From the NCBI GenBank assembly GCA_003022865.1, contig PXSK01000021.1, positions 12,228 to 76,227 on the forward strand: DNA of 64,000 nucleotides, in the 5' to 3' direction. The DNA is from Halobacteriales archaeon SW_5_70_135 (GTDB taxonomy: Archaea; Halobacteriota; Halobacteria; Halobacteriales; SW-7-71-33). Shown here piece after piece: positions 1-10,003 of this stretch; position 1 is the first letter of the stretch; every line of letters begins with the position of its first letter. The notes beneath the pieces are model-generated. The model was not told the DNA's origin. It made no database searches and saw only the letters and a program-made list of their open reading frames with translations. Position numbers and translations under genes: made by a program.

Positions 1-84
1 TTCGACGGCGACCCGACACGGGACATCGAGGCCGTCCGGGCAGTCGAGCAGGTGTACAAGGGCGGCGAGGCCGTCTCGCTCTGA
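1..84 (+). CDS. C-terminal end of probable amidohydrolase family protein (partial)
   Basis: Frame 1 reads FDGDPTRDIEAVRAVEQVYKGGEAVSL*, matching the DGDP..DI....V.KGG C-terminal pattern of amidohydrolases. Confidence 0.6.
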   Translation, partial: FDGDPTRDIEAVRAVEQVYKGGEAVSL

Positions 85-91
85 GCGACCG

Positions 92-754
92 TCAGCCGCT
101 CACTCGCGCGTAGCAGTTGCCCGAGGAGACGAACGTCCGCTCCACTCCGAGAGCGCTGTCGGCGAGGTCGCGCTCGAACTCCGCGGGGTCGTAGACGTGG
201 TAGAAGCGTCCGACTCGCTCGCCGTCCGGCAGCGTCCAGTCGACGGTCGTGTCGAACCCCTCCGTGCGGTCGAACCGGTCGTGTGTCGTGCTCCAGGCGC
301 TCACCAGCGCCCGCCCGTCGGCACCGAGTACCCGGGCGAGCTCGTCCAGACTCGACAGCCGTCGCTCCCGTCCGGGGAGGTGATGTAGCGTAGCGACGTA
401 GAGTCCCAGCTCCGCCGTGTCGGTCGCGAGCGGGAGCCGACCGGCGTCGGCCTGCAGCAGTGTCACGTCCTCGCGGTCGCCGACCCGGTCGACGGCGGTC
501 CACAGCACGGCCCGGCTCACGTCGGCGCCGACGGCCCGGTCGACCAGGTCCGCGAGCGGTTCGAGGTGGCGGCCGTTGCCACAGCCGACGTCGACGCCCG
601 TCCCGAGGCCGTTGGCCGGACGGTCGGCGAGGAAGGATTCCACCTCCGGCCAGGGGTGGGCCCGGGTCCGGGCGAAGTGGTCGGCGATCCGGTCGTAGGT
701 GTGTCTGACCGCCTCGGAACCGGCCGCGGGAGCCGGGGAGTCACCGGGGGTCAC
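92..754 (-). CDS. Class I SAM-dependent methyltransferase (Trm9/ALKBH8-like)
   Basis: YDRIADHFARTRAHPWPEV, SAM motif VDVGCGNGRH, ATLHH; GTG start overlaps the pilC stop (GTGA). Confidence 0.85.
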   Translation of the reverse strand: MTPGDSPAPAAGSEAVRHTYDRIADHFARTRAHPWPEVESFLADRPANGLGTGVDVGCGNGRHLEPLADLVDRAVGADVSRAVLWTAVDRVGDREDVTLLQADAGRLPLATDTAELGLYVATLHHLPGRERRLSSLDELARVLGADGRALVSAWSTTHDRFDRTEGFDTTVDWTLPDGERVGRFYHVYDPAEFERDLADSALGVERTFVSSGNCYARVSG

Positions 755-2940
755 AGCAGGACGACGATCATCGCGTAGCCGAGCACCAGCATGACAGTGA
801 CGTGTTTGGCGCCGGCGCGGACGTCGGCGCTGGTGAACTGTCCGGCGAGCCACCCCGAGCAGAACCCCTGGAGGACGATGGCGTGGACCAGCGTGAGCCG
901 CCAGGCGTCCTGGTCGATCTGACCGATGTTCTCGATGCCGCTGCCGCCGATGGCGGCCGCGGCGTCGGGGCCACCGACGGAGGCGCTGTCCGGGAGGTTC
1001 GGCAGCATCACGAAGACCACCACGCCGACGATGGCGAGAAAGACCAGAAAGCCGAGATAGATGAATACGATGTAGACGACCATCTCGTCGCGGCGGCGCT
1101 GTTTCAGTCGGCGGTCGGCCTTCGCCCGTTCGGCGGCGATCCGTAGCACCGGCCCGACGTCGCCGGAGGCGCGGATCGACTCCGTCAGCAGCGTCACTGC
1201 CCGGGAGATCGTCACCGTCCCCATCCGCCTCTCGAAGCGCTTCAGCGCCGACCGCAGGTCGGCGCCCCACCGGATGTCCCGCCAGATGATGTCGAGTTCC
1301 TCGTTGAGCCTGCCGAGGTCGCTGCGACGGATGCGGTTCATGCTGGTGACGATCGTCATCCCGGCCTCGTTGAGACTCGCCAGACGGTCGAGGAAGTCGG
1401 GGACGACGCTCTCGATGGCCTCGATACGTCGGCTGTGTATCTCGTACACCACTGCGAAGCTGCCGACGATCAGCAGCAGCGACTGGATCAGCAGGTCGTC
1501 GAACTCCCGGACCGTGAGCACGCGGTCCTCGAGCAGGCCGGGGATCCGCAGGCCGACGACGAGTATCGCGACCGGGACGCTCACCCACAGCAGCGACGTC
1601 GGCTGCTTGAGTACGGTCCGGACGGGGCTGGTGAGTCGCTTGATCGTGTCCCGGACCTGGCGGTAGACGGTCAGTCGCTGGCGGTTCCGACGCACGTCGC
1701 CGCGGTCGCGGTCGTGGCTCGGCACCGTCGCCGGGAGCGTGCCGCCGTCGGTGGCGGTCGTCCCGCCGTCGGCCGGCAGGGCAGTGCCGTCGGGATCGTA
1801 CGTGGCCTCGGCGGCGAGGTCGTCCCTGCGTCGCACTCCCATCGGGGCGATGTCGACCGAGAGGTCCTCCTCGGTGGGGGTGCTGAGCGAGACGTCGTCG
1901 ACCACGTTCGACAGATAGAGCACGAAGCCGAGGTTGAACAGCGGGATGAATCCGTAGACGAGGACGCGAGCCAGAAGCAGCGGGAGGTCGTCCAGCGCGA
2001 GGTCGAGGATCAGCAGGACGACGATACCGAACAACGGGAGAGCGATCCCGACAGCGGCGTACACCTCGGCGTACGTCGACAGCGCCGTCAGCAGTCGCTC
2101 CTGCTGGACCTCGGCCTCCTCGCGGAACTCGCGGTACTCCCGCTCTAAGAACTCGGCCAGCGACCCGCCCGTGCGGAGCACGCTGGTGAGGTTCTGTGAC
2201 AGCTCGCGGAACCGCGTGCTCGGGGAGCGCCGACCCATCGTCTCGACGGCGGTGACGACGTCGACGCCGAAGACGTCGATGTTGCGAGCGCCGACCTCCA
2301 CCTCCTTCGCGGCCTCACCGTAGATGCGCTTGTTGCGCGCGAGGATCCGCATCACCTCGGGAAAGTCGATGCCCGGACGGGCCAGCGCGTACATGAAGGA
2401 GACGGTCAGCGGCAGCGAGCGGTCGATCTCGCGTTCGCGCCCGTCGGCGACGAAGACGGGGTAGTACCACCGGTAGCCGTAGGTCAGCAGGGCGACGCCG
2501 ACGCCGACGACGACGGTGACCGCCGATGCGTAGACGTACTGCCCGGCGCCGGGCGGCAGCAGGGCGTCGAAGCTGGCCGCCGGCGCCCGAACCGCCAATG
2601 GGAGCCGCCCGACGGCGTCGACCTCGGAGGGTTCGAGCACGCGCGCCACGAACCGGGTGGCGTAGAGACTGAGGACGCCGGCGGCGACACCGTGGACGAC
2701 GCTCATCAGCCGTGTTCGGGTGGCGTACCCCCGGTAGGTGGTGTCGACGTGTGCCGCGTGCAGGTTCGCCTGGCGCTCCTTCCGTTTCGACTCCGAGGCC
2801 GAGAACCCGCCGAACACGAGTACCGCGGTCCTGTTGACGGTCCGGTCCAGTCCGGCGTTGAGCCTGCCGACGTGGATCGCCACGACGAGCAGCACGACGA
2901 ACACCGCCGGCAGCGACTGCAGCGACTGGAGGGCTACCAC
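751..2940 (-). CDS. pilC: Type IV pilus platform membrane protein (T2SS-F/PilC/TadC family)
   Basis: Two T2SSF-like domains with multiple TM helices, directly downstream of the secretion ATPase. Confidence 0.85.
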   Translation of the reverse strand: MVALQSLQSLPAVFVVLLVVAIHVGRLNAGLDRTVNRTAVLVFGGFSASESKRKERQANLHAAHVDTTYRGYATRTRLMSVVHGVAAGVLSLYATRFVARVLEPSEVDAVGRLPLAVRAPAASFDALLPPGAGQYVYASAVTVVVGVGVALLTYGYRWYYPVFVADGREREIDRSLPLTVSFMYALARPGIDFPEVMRILARNKRIYGEAAKEVEVGARNIDVFGVDVVTAVETMGRRSPSTRFRELSQNLTSVLRTGGSLAEFLEREYREFREEAEVQQERLLTALSTYAEVYAAVGIALPLFGIVVLLILDLALDDLPLLLARVLVYGFIPLFNLGFVLYLSNVVDDVSLSTPTEEDLSVDIAPMGVRRRDDLAAEATYDPDGTALPADGGTTATDGGTLPATVPSHDRDRGDVRRNRQRLTVYRQVRDTIKRLTSPVRTVLKQPTSLLWVSVPVAILVVGLRIPGLLEDRVLTVREFDDLLIQSLLLIVGSFAVVYEIHSRRIEAIESVVPDFLDRLASLNEAGMTIVTSMNRIRRSDLGRLNEELDIIWRDIRWGADLRSALKRFERRMGTVTISRAVTLLTESIRASGDVGPVLRIAAERAKADRRLKQRRRDEMVVYIVFIYLGFLVFLAIVGVVVFVMLPNLPDSASVGGPDAAAAIGGSGIENIGQIDQDAWRLTLVHAIVLQGFCSGWLAGQFTSADVRAGAKHVTVMLVLGYAMIVVLL

Positions 2941-3027
2941 GACCGGTCACCTCGTCGGGGCGCCGCCGGGGCGGGCGCGGCCGACGGTGGGCGAGGCGGA
3001 CGAGGGTGGTGGAACATGTGGGAAGGG

Positions 3028-4707
3028 TCAGTCGTCGGCGGCGGCGGTCACCGTCGTGCTGCTGTCGTCTATCATGTCGACGATGGTGCCGGGGTCGGCG
3101 TAGTACTCGTTGACCATCGCGGTGAAGCGCCGGTAGTCGTCGACGCCCTGCTCGCGGAGGAACTCGAGGACCCGCCGCCGGTCGCGCAGTTCCTCCAGCA
3201 GCTCGGACTGCGACCAGCCGTTGTCGTCGCGGATCTCGTCGAGGACGGACGACCCCTGTGACCGGAAGCTGTCGTCCCTACCGTCCCACTCGAACGCCAT
3301 CGAGTAGTCCAGGTCGCCGGTCCGCTGGTCGATGCCTTCGATCTCGGCGATCGTCTGCGTGCGCCGCACCCGTTCGTCGTCGAGACGGGTCAGCGTCTGC
3401 ACGGAGAGGATGTCGAGCGAGGCCACCATCGGCCGAGGGACGTCGATCGGCTCGTTCTCCAGGCGGTTGATCACCGTCTGCACGGAGTCCGCGTGCATCG
3501 TCGAGTAGGTGGTGTGACCGGTGTTCATCGCCTGGAACAGCGTGATCGCCTCGTCGCCGCGCACCTCGCCGACGATGATGTACTCCGGACGGTGTCGCAG
3601 CGCGGAGCGCAGCAGTTCGTACATGGAGATGTCCGTCCCCTCGTGGAGTCGCTCGCGGGTCAGACTGGAGAGCCAGTTGTCGTGATACAGCGACAGCTCG
3701 CGGGTGTCCTCGATGGTGAGTACCTTCGCCCGCGGCGGGACGAACATCGAGACGGCGTTCATCGAGGTGGTCTTCCCGCTGGCGGTACCGCCGGCGAAGA
3801 TGAGCGACTTGTTGTGCTCGATCGCCAGCCAGAGGTAGGCCATCTGCTCGACGTTGAAGGTGCCGTACTCGATGAGGTCGATCGGCGTGAACGGGTCCTC
3901 GGCGTACTTGCGCACGGTGAAGGCGGAGCCGCGCGGGGTGACCTCCTCGCCGAGGGCGAGCTCGGCTCGAGAGCCGTCCGGCAGAGTGGTGCCGGCGATC
4001 GGTTCGCCGACGGAGATGTGCTGGCCCGACTGCTGGGCGAGCCGGACGACGAAGTCGTCGAGGTCGTCGCGTTCGAACGAGAGGTTCGTCTCGATGTCGG
4101 TGTAGTCCTTATGGTAGACGAAGATCGGCAGGTCGTAGCCGTCACAGGAGACATCCTCGACCTTGGGGTCGTGCATGATCGGGTCAAGCCGGCCGAATCC
4201 ACGGAACGAGCGGTAGAGGTAGTAGTACAGCTTGTGAGCGGTACGAGCGCCGACGGTGGCGCCGTAGCGGTCGAGATAGTCACCGAGCGCCGTCCGGAGC
4301 AGCTCCTCGACTTCGGCGTCCTCGGTGGAGAGGTCCTCCCGGTACACCAGCGGGTCGCGGACGTCCTCGAACAGCATCTCCAGGAGCTCGAACTCGTCCT
4401 CGTCGAGTTCCGGTTCCACGACGTAGTAGAGGTAGACGTTCTCCGCGTCGTTGTAGTTGATCGAGACGAAGGCGTAGGGAGCGTTGACCCAGTAGCGCTC
4501 GATCTCCTCGTGGCCGGCGAGTCCGTCGAAGGTGACCAGCACGCCGTCCTCGGGGTCGTACGGCTCGACCTCGACGCCGGGGCTCCGCAGGATCGACAGT
4601 CCACGGCGGAGTCGACCGAGCAGCGACTGCCCCGCGTCGCCCGGGAACGAACCTGCCTCCTCGCGGGTGGGCACGTCCGACCGAGTCCCGTCGGCGTCCT
4701 CTGGCAT
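3028..4707 (-). CDS. pilB: Type IV pilus assembly ATPase (VirB11/PilB/FlaI family)
   Basis: Walker A GGTASGKTT, Asp box IEDTREL, RPEYIIVGEVRG, His box TGH..TMHA. Confidence 0.92.
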   Translation of the reverse strand: MPEDADGTRSDVPTREEAGSFPGDAGQSLLGRLRRGLSILRSPGVEVEPYDPEDGVLVTFDGLAGHEEIERYWVNAPYAFVSINYNDAENVYLYYVVEPELDEDEFELLEMLFEDVRDPLVYREDLSTEDAEVEELLRTALGDYLDRYGATVGARTAHKLYYYLYRSFRGFGRLDPIMHDPKVEDVSCDGYDLPIFVYHKDYTDIETNLSFERDDLDDFVVRLAQQSGQHISVGEPIAGTTLPDGSRAELALGEEVTPRGSAFTVRKYAEDPFTPIDLIEYGTFNVEQMAYLWLAIEHNKSLIFAGGTASGKTTSMNAVSMFVPPRAKVLTIEDTRELSLYHDNWLSSLTRERLHEGTDISMYELLRSALRHRPEYIIVGEVRGDEAITLFQAMNTGHTTYSTMHADSVQTVINRLENEPIDVPRPMVASLDILSVQTLTRLDDERVRRTQTIAEIEGIDQRTGDLDYSMAFEWDGRDDSFRSQGSSVLDEIRDDNGWSQSELLEELRDRRRVLEFLREQGVDDYRRFTAMVNEYYADPGTIVDMIDDSSTTVTAAADD

Positions 4708-4756
4708 CTATCGTTCGTTCGGGTCGGTCGAACTTAAATGAGGCGGGCCGGACGCG

Positions 4757-5323
4757 TCACGGCCCCTCGGAGTCGGCGCCCAGGTCGAACTCCGCCGTCG
4801 CGTCGCTTCCGTCGTCGCCCTCGCGCTCGACGGTCAACAGCACCACTGCCAGAGCGCCCGTCAGCAGCAGGCCGACGGGCACCTCCACCGTCGGCAGCCC
4901 GTTGCCGTACAGGTAGTAGGTCGCGACCGCGAGAACGAGTGTTCCGGCGCCGATGACGCCGCCCATCAGTCGGACCGGGTCGACCGGACCGGCCGCCAGG
5001 CGGTCCTCGTAACGGTAGAAGACGACCGAGAGGCCGACGGCGACCGCGACCAGTGCGGCGCCGACCGCCCACACCTGGTACGGGAGTTCGAGGCTGGTGC
5101 CCGACTGGAACCGGACGGCACTCAGCGGGTGGTCGAGACGGACCGCCCTGGCCAGTGGTACGCCGAAGGTGTACCTGACCTGGAAGAAAGGGAAGCGAAC
5201 GTACAGCAGCCGCCCGCCGGCGACGTCGCCGGCGTAGCTGACGTTCCAGGGCAGCAGCGCCGCCAGCCACGCCGACAGCACCGCGAGCTCGTTCGCGTAC
5301 TCCGCCTTCACCCAGGGTGCCAT
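4757..5323 (-). CDS. Conserved haloarchaeal membrane protein (TIGR04206-like)
   Basis: MAPWVKAEYANELAVLSAWLAALLPWNV, about 4 TM segments; ATG at 5323. Confidence 0.7.
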   Translation of the reverse strand: MAPWVKAEYANELAVLSAWLAALLPWNVSYAGDVAGGRLLYVRFPFFQVRYTFGVPLARAVRLDHPLSAVRFQSGTSLELPYQVWAVGAALVAVAVGLSVVFYRYEDRLAAGPVDPVRLMGGVIGAGTLVLAVATYYLYGNGLPTVEVPVGLLLTGALAVVLLTVEREGDDGSDATAEFDLGADSEGP

Positions 5324-5561
5324 TCGTCCCCAGGTCGTCGGGGCGGTCGGATAAACGCGTCGGGGTCGCGGGAACCGCGCCGGGACGACCCACCGCACCG
5401 AGACGGCGAGTGGGTCGACACACCTGATTCGGCCCGGTGTCACGGCCCGCCGGCGAGAGCGTTCCGATCGGCTCCGTGACACGTTCGACGGCGGACGGAG
5501 CCGGGTCGGGGCGCCGGCGGCGTTACGTTCATATCACCCGGGTGCTAAGGCCGAGTACGGA

Positions 5562-6035
5562 ATGAGGCGTGACTACTTTAGCTTAGAAATCGAGGACGTC
5601 GACTGGCTCGACGGCGAGGGTGACCCGGTCAAGCCGCGCGTAACGATCGACTTCGACGGACCGGACTCGACGCTTCGATCGCGCCTCACTGGTCACGACG
5701 ACGTACCGCTGAGCGGAGACGAGACCGACGCCGCCTTCCGCCTGCGCACGGCCATCGACGACCCCGACGCGGAGGGTGTCTTCTCGCTGACCAACCGCGT
5801 CACCGGCGAGTTCGTCCTGGAGGTGAACGAGGACAGCGAGACGGTGATGGACTTCGTCCGGGCGGCCCGTCGCTACGGAGAGTCCGAGCCCGACGACGAC
5901 TCCCGCTATCAGATTCGCGTCACCATCGAGGACGAGGAGGTCGTCACCTACGACAAACACACCTTCCTCGTCTACAACGAGGAGGGCAACCTCCTGCGGA
6001 AGCACTCGCTCATCCCCAGCGGCGTCGAACTGTAA
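5562..6035 (+). CDS. Conserved haloarchaeal protein (DUF5793-like)
   Basis: MRRDYF...LLRKHSLIPSGVEL, acidic with typical codon usage. Confidence 0.75.
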   Translation: MRRDYFSLEIEDVDWLDGEGDPVKPRVTIDFDGPDSTLRSRLTGHDDVPLSGDETDAAFRLRTAIDDPDAEGVFSLTNRVTGEFVLEVNEDSETVMDFVRAARRYGESEPDDDSRYQIRVTIEDEEVVTYDKHTFLVYNEEGNLLRKHSLIPSGVEL

Positions 6036-6036
6036 C

Positions 6037-6697
6037 GGCCGTTCTCCGTCCGGGTCGCCCGGCGGCTCCTCGTGCGGCCGGTTCGTGGGCGTCCACACCG
6101 ACCGCAGCCCCGCACTGTAGGTGTCGACCACGTCCACCGGACGGCTGTCGCCGACCACTACGTACGCCTCGGGGGCGATCCCGAAGTCCGAGCGGGTGTC
6201 CACTCGAACGGCTCCGGCGCGGGCTTCGACGGGCACGCGCCGCCGGGGTGACAGCACGGCACCCGGTCGAGCTCGTCGGCGATCCCCGACTGCCGGAGTT
6301 TCGGCGGCTGCGTCTCCGGTCGCCCGTCGGTCACGAGCGCCACGCGGTAGTGGTCGTGAGCGAACGCGAGGGCGCGCTGAACACCGTCGTGGAACTCGAC
6401 GCCGACCGCCGCGGAGCGTTCGCCGGCCGCCTCGCCCAGCCGCTCGACCAGCGGGTCGTTCGGTTCGACCTCGGCGTCGTACCGCTCGGCGGCGGCACGG
6501 CAGCGGTTCGGGAAGAATTCCGTCGTCGTCGCGGGCTGCTCGACGGCGTCGTCGGGGACGGCCCGCAACTCTCCAGCCGAGAAGGGCGGCCGCCTGTCCA
6601 CGCGCTCGGCGACCCTGTGGTGAAACGTCTCGTCGGAGAAGGCGGGCACGCAGAGCGTGTCGTCCAGGTCGGAGCAGACCGCCCCGACGGAAAGCAT
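6037..6697 (-). pseudogene. HAD-superfamily hydrolase, frameshifted
   Basis: Motif I DLDDTL, VTDG and KPAPEPF in one frame; motif IV VVGDS..DV...SAGLRSVW continues in another frame after ~6200; 3' end approximate. Confidence 0.7.
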
Positions 6698-6807
6698 CGA
6701 CCGCTCGTGGGGCCGAGGCGACACGAGACCGACCCAGGCCGGCGGTCCGGACGCGAGCGACGGCGATCCCGCGCGATTGAAGTGCGGGGCACGCGGACCC
6801 GCTCACG

Positions 6808-8295
6808 ATGACGCTGTTCGGCACCGCCGGCGTCCGGGGGCCGGTCCGCGACGAGGTGACGCCCGAGCTGGCGCTCGCCGTCGGCCGTGCGGCCGGCCGC
6901 GACGGCGCGGAGTTCGCCGTCGGCCGCGACGGACGCACGACGGGACGGGGACTGGCCGACGCCGTCGCCGCGGGGCTCCAGTCCGCGGGCGCGGACGTAC
7001 GCCGCGTGGGACGGGTGCCGACGCCCGCGCTGGCCTACGCCGCCCGCGGTCGCAGAGGTGTGATGGTGACCGCCAGCCACAACCCGCCGACGGACAACGG
7101 TCTGAAGCTGTTCGTCGACGGCGTCGAGTACGACGCCGACGCCGAGACCCGCGTCGCCGACCGGGTCGCCGACCCCGCCGCTCCCGTGCCGTGGGACGAG
7201 TGGGGCGACACCGAACGGGTCGACGTGCTCCCGGCGTACCGGCGGGCGGTCGTCGACCACGTCCTGTCGGTCGGCGGCGGCGGGATCACGAGCCGCCACG
7301 AGCGGGGCGGGGTGACCGTAGACGACCCCCGTGCGACGCTCGACGCCGAGCCGCTGGCCGGGCTGCGCGCGGCGGTCGACTGCGGCAACGGGACGGGGTC
7401 GGTGACGACGCCGGCGGTGTTGCGCGCGCTCGGCGCCGACGTGGTAGCCGTGAGTGCGAACGTCGACGGCGCCTTCCCGGCCCGCGACTCGAAGCCCACG
7501 CCGGAGAGTCTCGTCGAGTTCGCCGCCGTCCTCGACGCGGCGGACGGCGAGGGGGACGACGAACCGTTCGACCTGGGGCTGGCACACGACGGCGACGCCG
7601 ACCGCACCGTCGTCCTTACCGGCGACGGCGAGGTAGTGCACGAGGACACCGTGCTGGCGGTGCTGGCCGAGCACCACGTCCGGCGCTCCGAGGCGGCCGA
7701 CCCGGTGGTGGTGACGACGCCGAACGCCTCGGCGCGGGTCGACGAGCGGGTCGAGGCCGCTGGCGGGCGCGTCGAGCGGGTCCGCCTCGGCGGGCTCCAC
7801 GAGGGCGTCGCCGCGGCACGCGAGGCGAGCGGCGCCGACACCGCGATCGTCTTCGCGGGCGAACCCTGGAAACACGTCCACCCCGGGCTCGGCGGCTGGA
7901 TCGACGGCGTCGCGACGGCGGCACTGGTCGCGACCCTGGTCGCCGGGACGGGCGCCCGCCTGGACGGCGACGGTCGCGAGGGGCTCGCGGCGCTGCGCGA
8001 GCCGGTGACCGAGCGTCCGTACCGAAAGGAGAGCGTCGACTGCCACGGGGAGCGAAAGCGGGCGGCGATGGCGCTGGTCGGCGAGCGACTGCCCGGGGCG
8101 GTCGAGGGAACGGTCGACACCTCCTACGGTGTCCGCGTCGACCGCGGGGACGGCGCCTGGGTGCTCGTGCGCCCCTCGGGCACCGAGCCGTACCTCCGCG
8201 TGTACGCCGAGAGCGACGAGGTGGACGCCCTCGTCGCCCGTGCCGTCGACGTCGTCGAGGGAGCCGTCGCCGACGCCTCGGAGGCCGAGCACTGA
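6808..8295 (+). CDS. Phosphohexomutase/phosphopentomutase (PMM/PGM family)
   Basis: FGTAGVRG, TASHNP, DGDADR, RPSGTEP motifs. Confidence 0.9.
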   Translation: MTLFGTAGVRGPVRDEVTPELALAVGRAAGRDGAEFAVGRDGRTTGRGLADAVAAGLQSAGADVRRVGRVPTPALAYAARGRRGVMVTASHNPPTDNGLKLFVDGVEYDADAETRVADRVADPAAPVPWDEWGDTERVDVLPAYRRAVVDHVLSVGGGGITSRHERGGVTVDDPRATLDAEPLAGLRAAVDCGNGTGSVTTPAVLRALGADVVAVSANVDGAFPARDSKPTPESLVEFAAVLDAADGEGDDEPFDLGLAHDGDADRTVVLTGDGEVVHEDTVLAVLAEHHVRRSEAADPVVVTTPNASARVDERVEAAGGRVERVRLGGLHEGVAAAREASGADTAIVFAGEPWKHVHPGLGGWIDGVATAALVATLVAGTGARLDGDGREGLAALREPVTERPYRKESVDCHGERKRAAMALVGERLPGAVEGTVDTSYGVRVDRGDGAWVLVRPSGTEPYLRVYAESDEVDALVARAVDVVEGAVADASEAEH

Positions 8296-8345
8296 GCACG
8301 GCGGTCGCCGACGGCTACTTGACGCCGGCCCGCACAGCGTGGGCC

Positions 8346-8798
8346 ATGAGCGAGGACCCGACGGCCCCGTTCCCGAAGGCGCCGGCGGCGGTGACGGACG
8401 TGGAACTGCTCGCCGCCGCCCACGGCGCCGTCGACGAGGCGTACGTCCCCTACTCCGGGTACCCGGTCGGCGCGGCGCTACTGACCGCCGAGGGCCACCT
8501 GTTCACCGGTTGCAACGTCGAGGTGGCGAACTACAGCAACACGGTCCACGCCGAGGAGACCGCGGTGAGTCGGGCGGTCGCCGCCGGCCACCGTGCCTTC
8601 GACCGGATCGCCGTCAGTTCCGCCGACCGCGACGGCGTGCTCCCCTGCGGGATGTGCCGGCAGACCCTCGCCGAGTTCTGCGACGACGAGTTCGCCGTCG
8701 TCTGTGACGCCGCGGACGGCGGCAACGTCGTCTACCGGCTGGGCGACCTGCTGCCGGATGCCATTTCCGCCGCGGACGTGGACGCCGACGCCGGGTGA
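8346..8798 (+). CDS. cdd: Cytidine deaminase
   Basis: AYVPYSGYPVGAA, GCNVE, HAE and PCGMCRQ zinc motifs. Confidence 0.92.
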   Translation: MSEDPTAPFPKAPAAVTDVELLAAAHGAVDEAYVPYSGYPVGAALLTAEGHLFTGCNVEVANYSNTVHAEETAVSRAVAAGHRAFDRIAVSSADRDGVLPCGMCRQTLAEFCDDEFAVVCDAADGGNVVYRLGDLLPDAISAADVDADAG

Positions 8799-8842
8799 GC
8801 CCGCGCTCTCGGACCGGCGAGACCGGACCGGACCGGAACGGA

Positions 8843-9643
8843 TCAGGACCGCCGACTGCCGGGCTGTGGGTCGACGTGGTCGGGGGGAACCAGCGCCTCG
8901 CGGGGCTGGTCGTCGAGCCATTCGAGCAGCGCGACCAGCTGGTCGGTGGCAGCTTCGAACAGGCGCCGCCCGGCCTCGGGCGTGGCGTCGGTCTGGTCGC
9001 CGAGCACGCCGTTGTCGGCGTTCTCGACGGCGTCGTAGAACGTGCGGGCGCCGTGGACGACGGTGTCGCCGTCGGCGCGCCAGTCGACCAGGCCGCCGTC
9101 GCGGGCATCCTCGATGCGGTCCTCGCGGACGAGGTCGGGCGCGACGTGCATCATCATCGCCGTCTCCTTCGGGCCGCCGTGTGGGCCGGGCGTTTCGAAC
9201 AGCTCCTCGACGAGGTCGGGGATCGAGTCGTTCCACATCCACTCGACCGCGTAGGCGTCGCCGGCGTCCCGGAGCCGACGACCCACCTCGCGGAGGTGCT
9301 CGACGTTGCCGCCGTGGGCGTTGACGTAGACGACGCGGTCGATCCCGTGGTAGGTGAGGTTGCGCGTCAGCGACTCGACGTAGTCGCGGAAGACGGGCGC
9401 GTCGACCCACATGGTGCCGTGGAACTGGCGGGGGTGGGGGGAGACGCCGACGGGAACCACGGGCGTACAGAGGTGGCCGGTGCGGTCGGCCGCCGCGCGG
9501 GCCAGTGCCTCGGCGATGCGGTGGTCGGTGCTCTCCGGCAGGTGGGGGCCGTGCTGTTCGGTCGAGCCGACGGGGACGACGGCCAGCGACTCCTCGGCGA
9601 CGTAGTCACCGAGCTCCGGCCACGTTGCGTCCGCGAGGTACAT
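8843..9643 (-). CDS. Creatininase family amidohydrolase
   Basis: PVGSTEQHGPHLP..TD, NAHGGN, HGG..ET motifs. Confidence 0.88.
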   Translation of the reverse strand: MYLADATWPELGDYVAEESLAVVPVGSTEQHGPHLPESTDHRIAEALARAAADRTGHLCTPVVPVGVSPHPRQFHGTMWVDAPVFRDYVESLTRNLTYHGIDRVVYVNAHGGNVEHLREVGRRLRDAGDAYAVEWMWNDSIPDLVEELFETPGPHGGPKETAMMMHVAPDLVREDRIEDARDGGLVDWRADGDTVVHGARTFYDAVENADNGVLGDQTDATPEAGRRLFEAATDQLVALLEWLDDQPREALVPPDHVDPQPGSRRS

Positions 9644-9703
9644 GTGTCCGGCGAGCGCCGCCACCGACTAAACCCGTCCGGTCGCGGGCGACGACGGAGC
9701 CGG

Positions 9704-9898
9704 TCACCGGGCGAGATAGACGCCGAGCGCGAGCGCGAAGACGCCGAAGACGGCCCGGATGGCCGCGGCGGCGGTCTGTCCGCGGAGGTACAGCGCGGTG
9801 GCGAGGCCGAGAAAGCCGAAGCCGACGGCGGTGTGGACGACGATGACGACGTGTCGCGTCTCCACCCAGTCCGGAAACACCCGCGTGAAGATGCTCAT
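9704..9898 (-). CDS. Small two-TM membrane protein
   Basis: MSIFTRVFPDWVETRHVVIVVHTAVGFGFLGLA..., two hydrophobic helices. Confidence 0.55.
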   Translation of the reverse strand: MSIFTRVFPDWVETRHVVIVVHTAVGFGFLGLATALYLRGQTAAAAIRAVFGVFALALGVYLAR

Positions 9899-10003
9899 AC
9901 CTCGTCTATCGGGAGTGGGCACAAAAACCGTCCGAAAGCCGGTCGGTCAAACGACGCTTTCAGCCACCGCAAGACCCACGTCCTCGCTCTCACAGGGGCG
10001 ACC

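Noticed and set aside
751-4707. pilB/pilC pair as archaellum or conjugation system
   Set aside because: No arl/fla accessory genes, archaellins or VirB4/VirD4 nearby; consistent with the common stand-alone haloarchaeal type IV pilus locus
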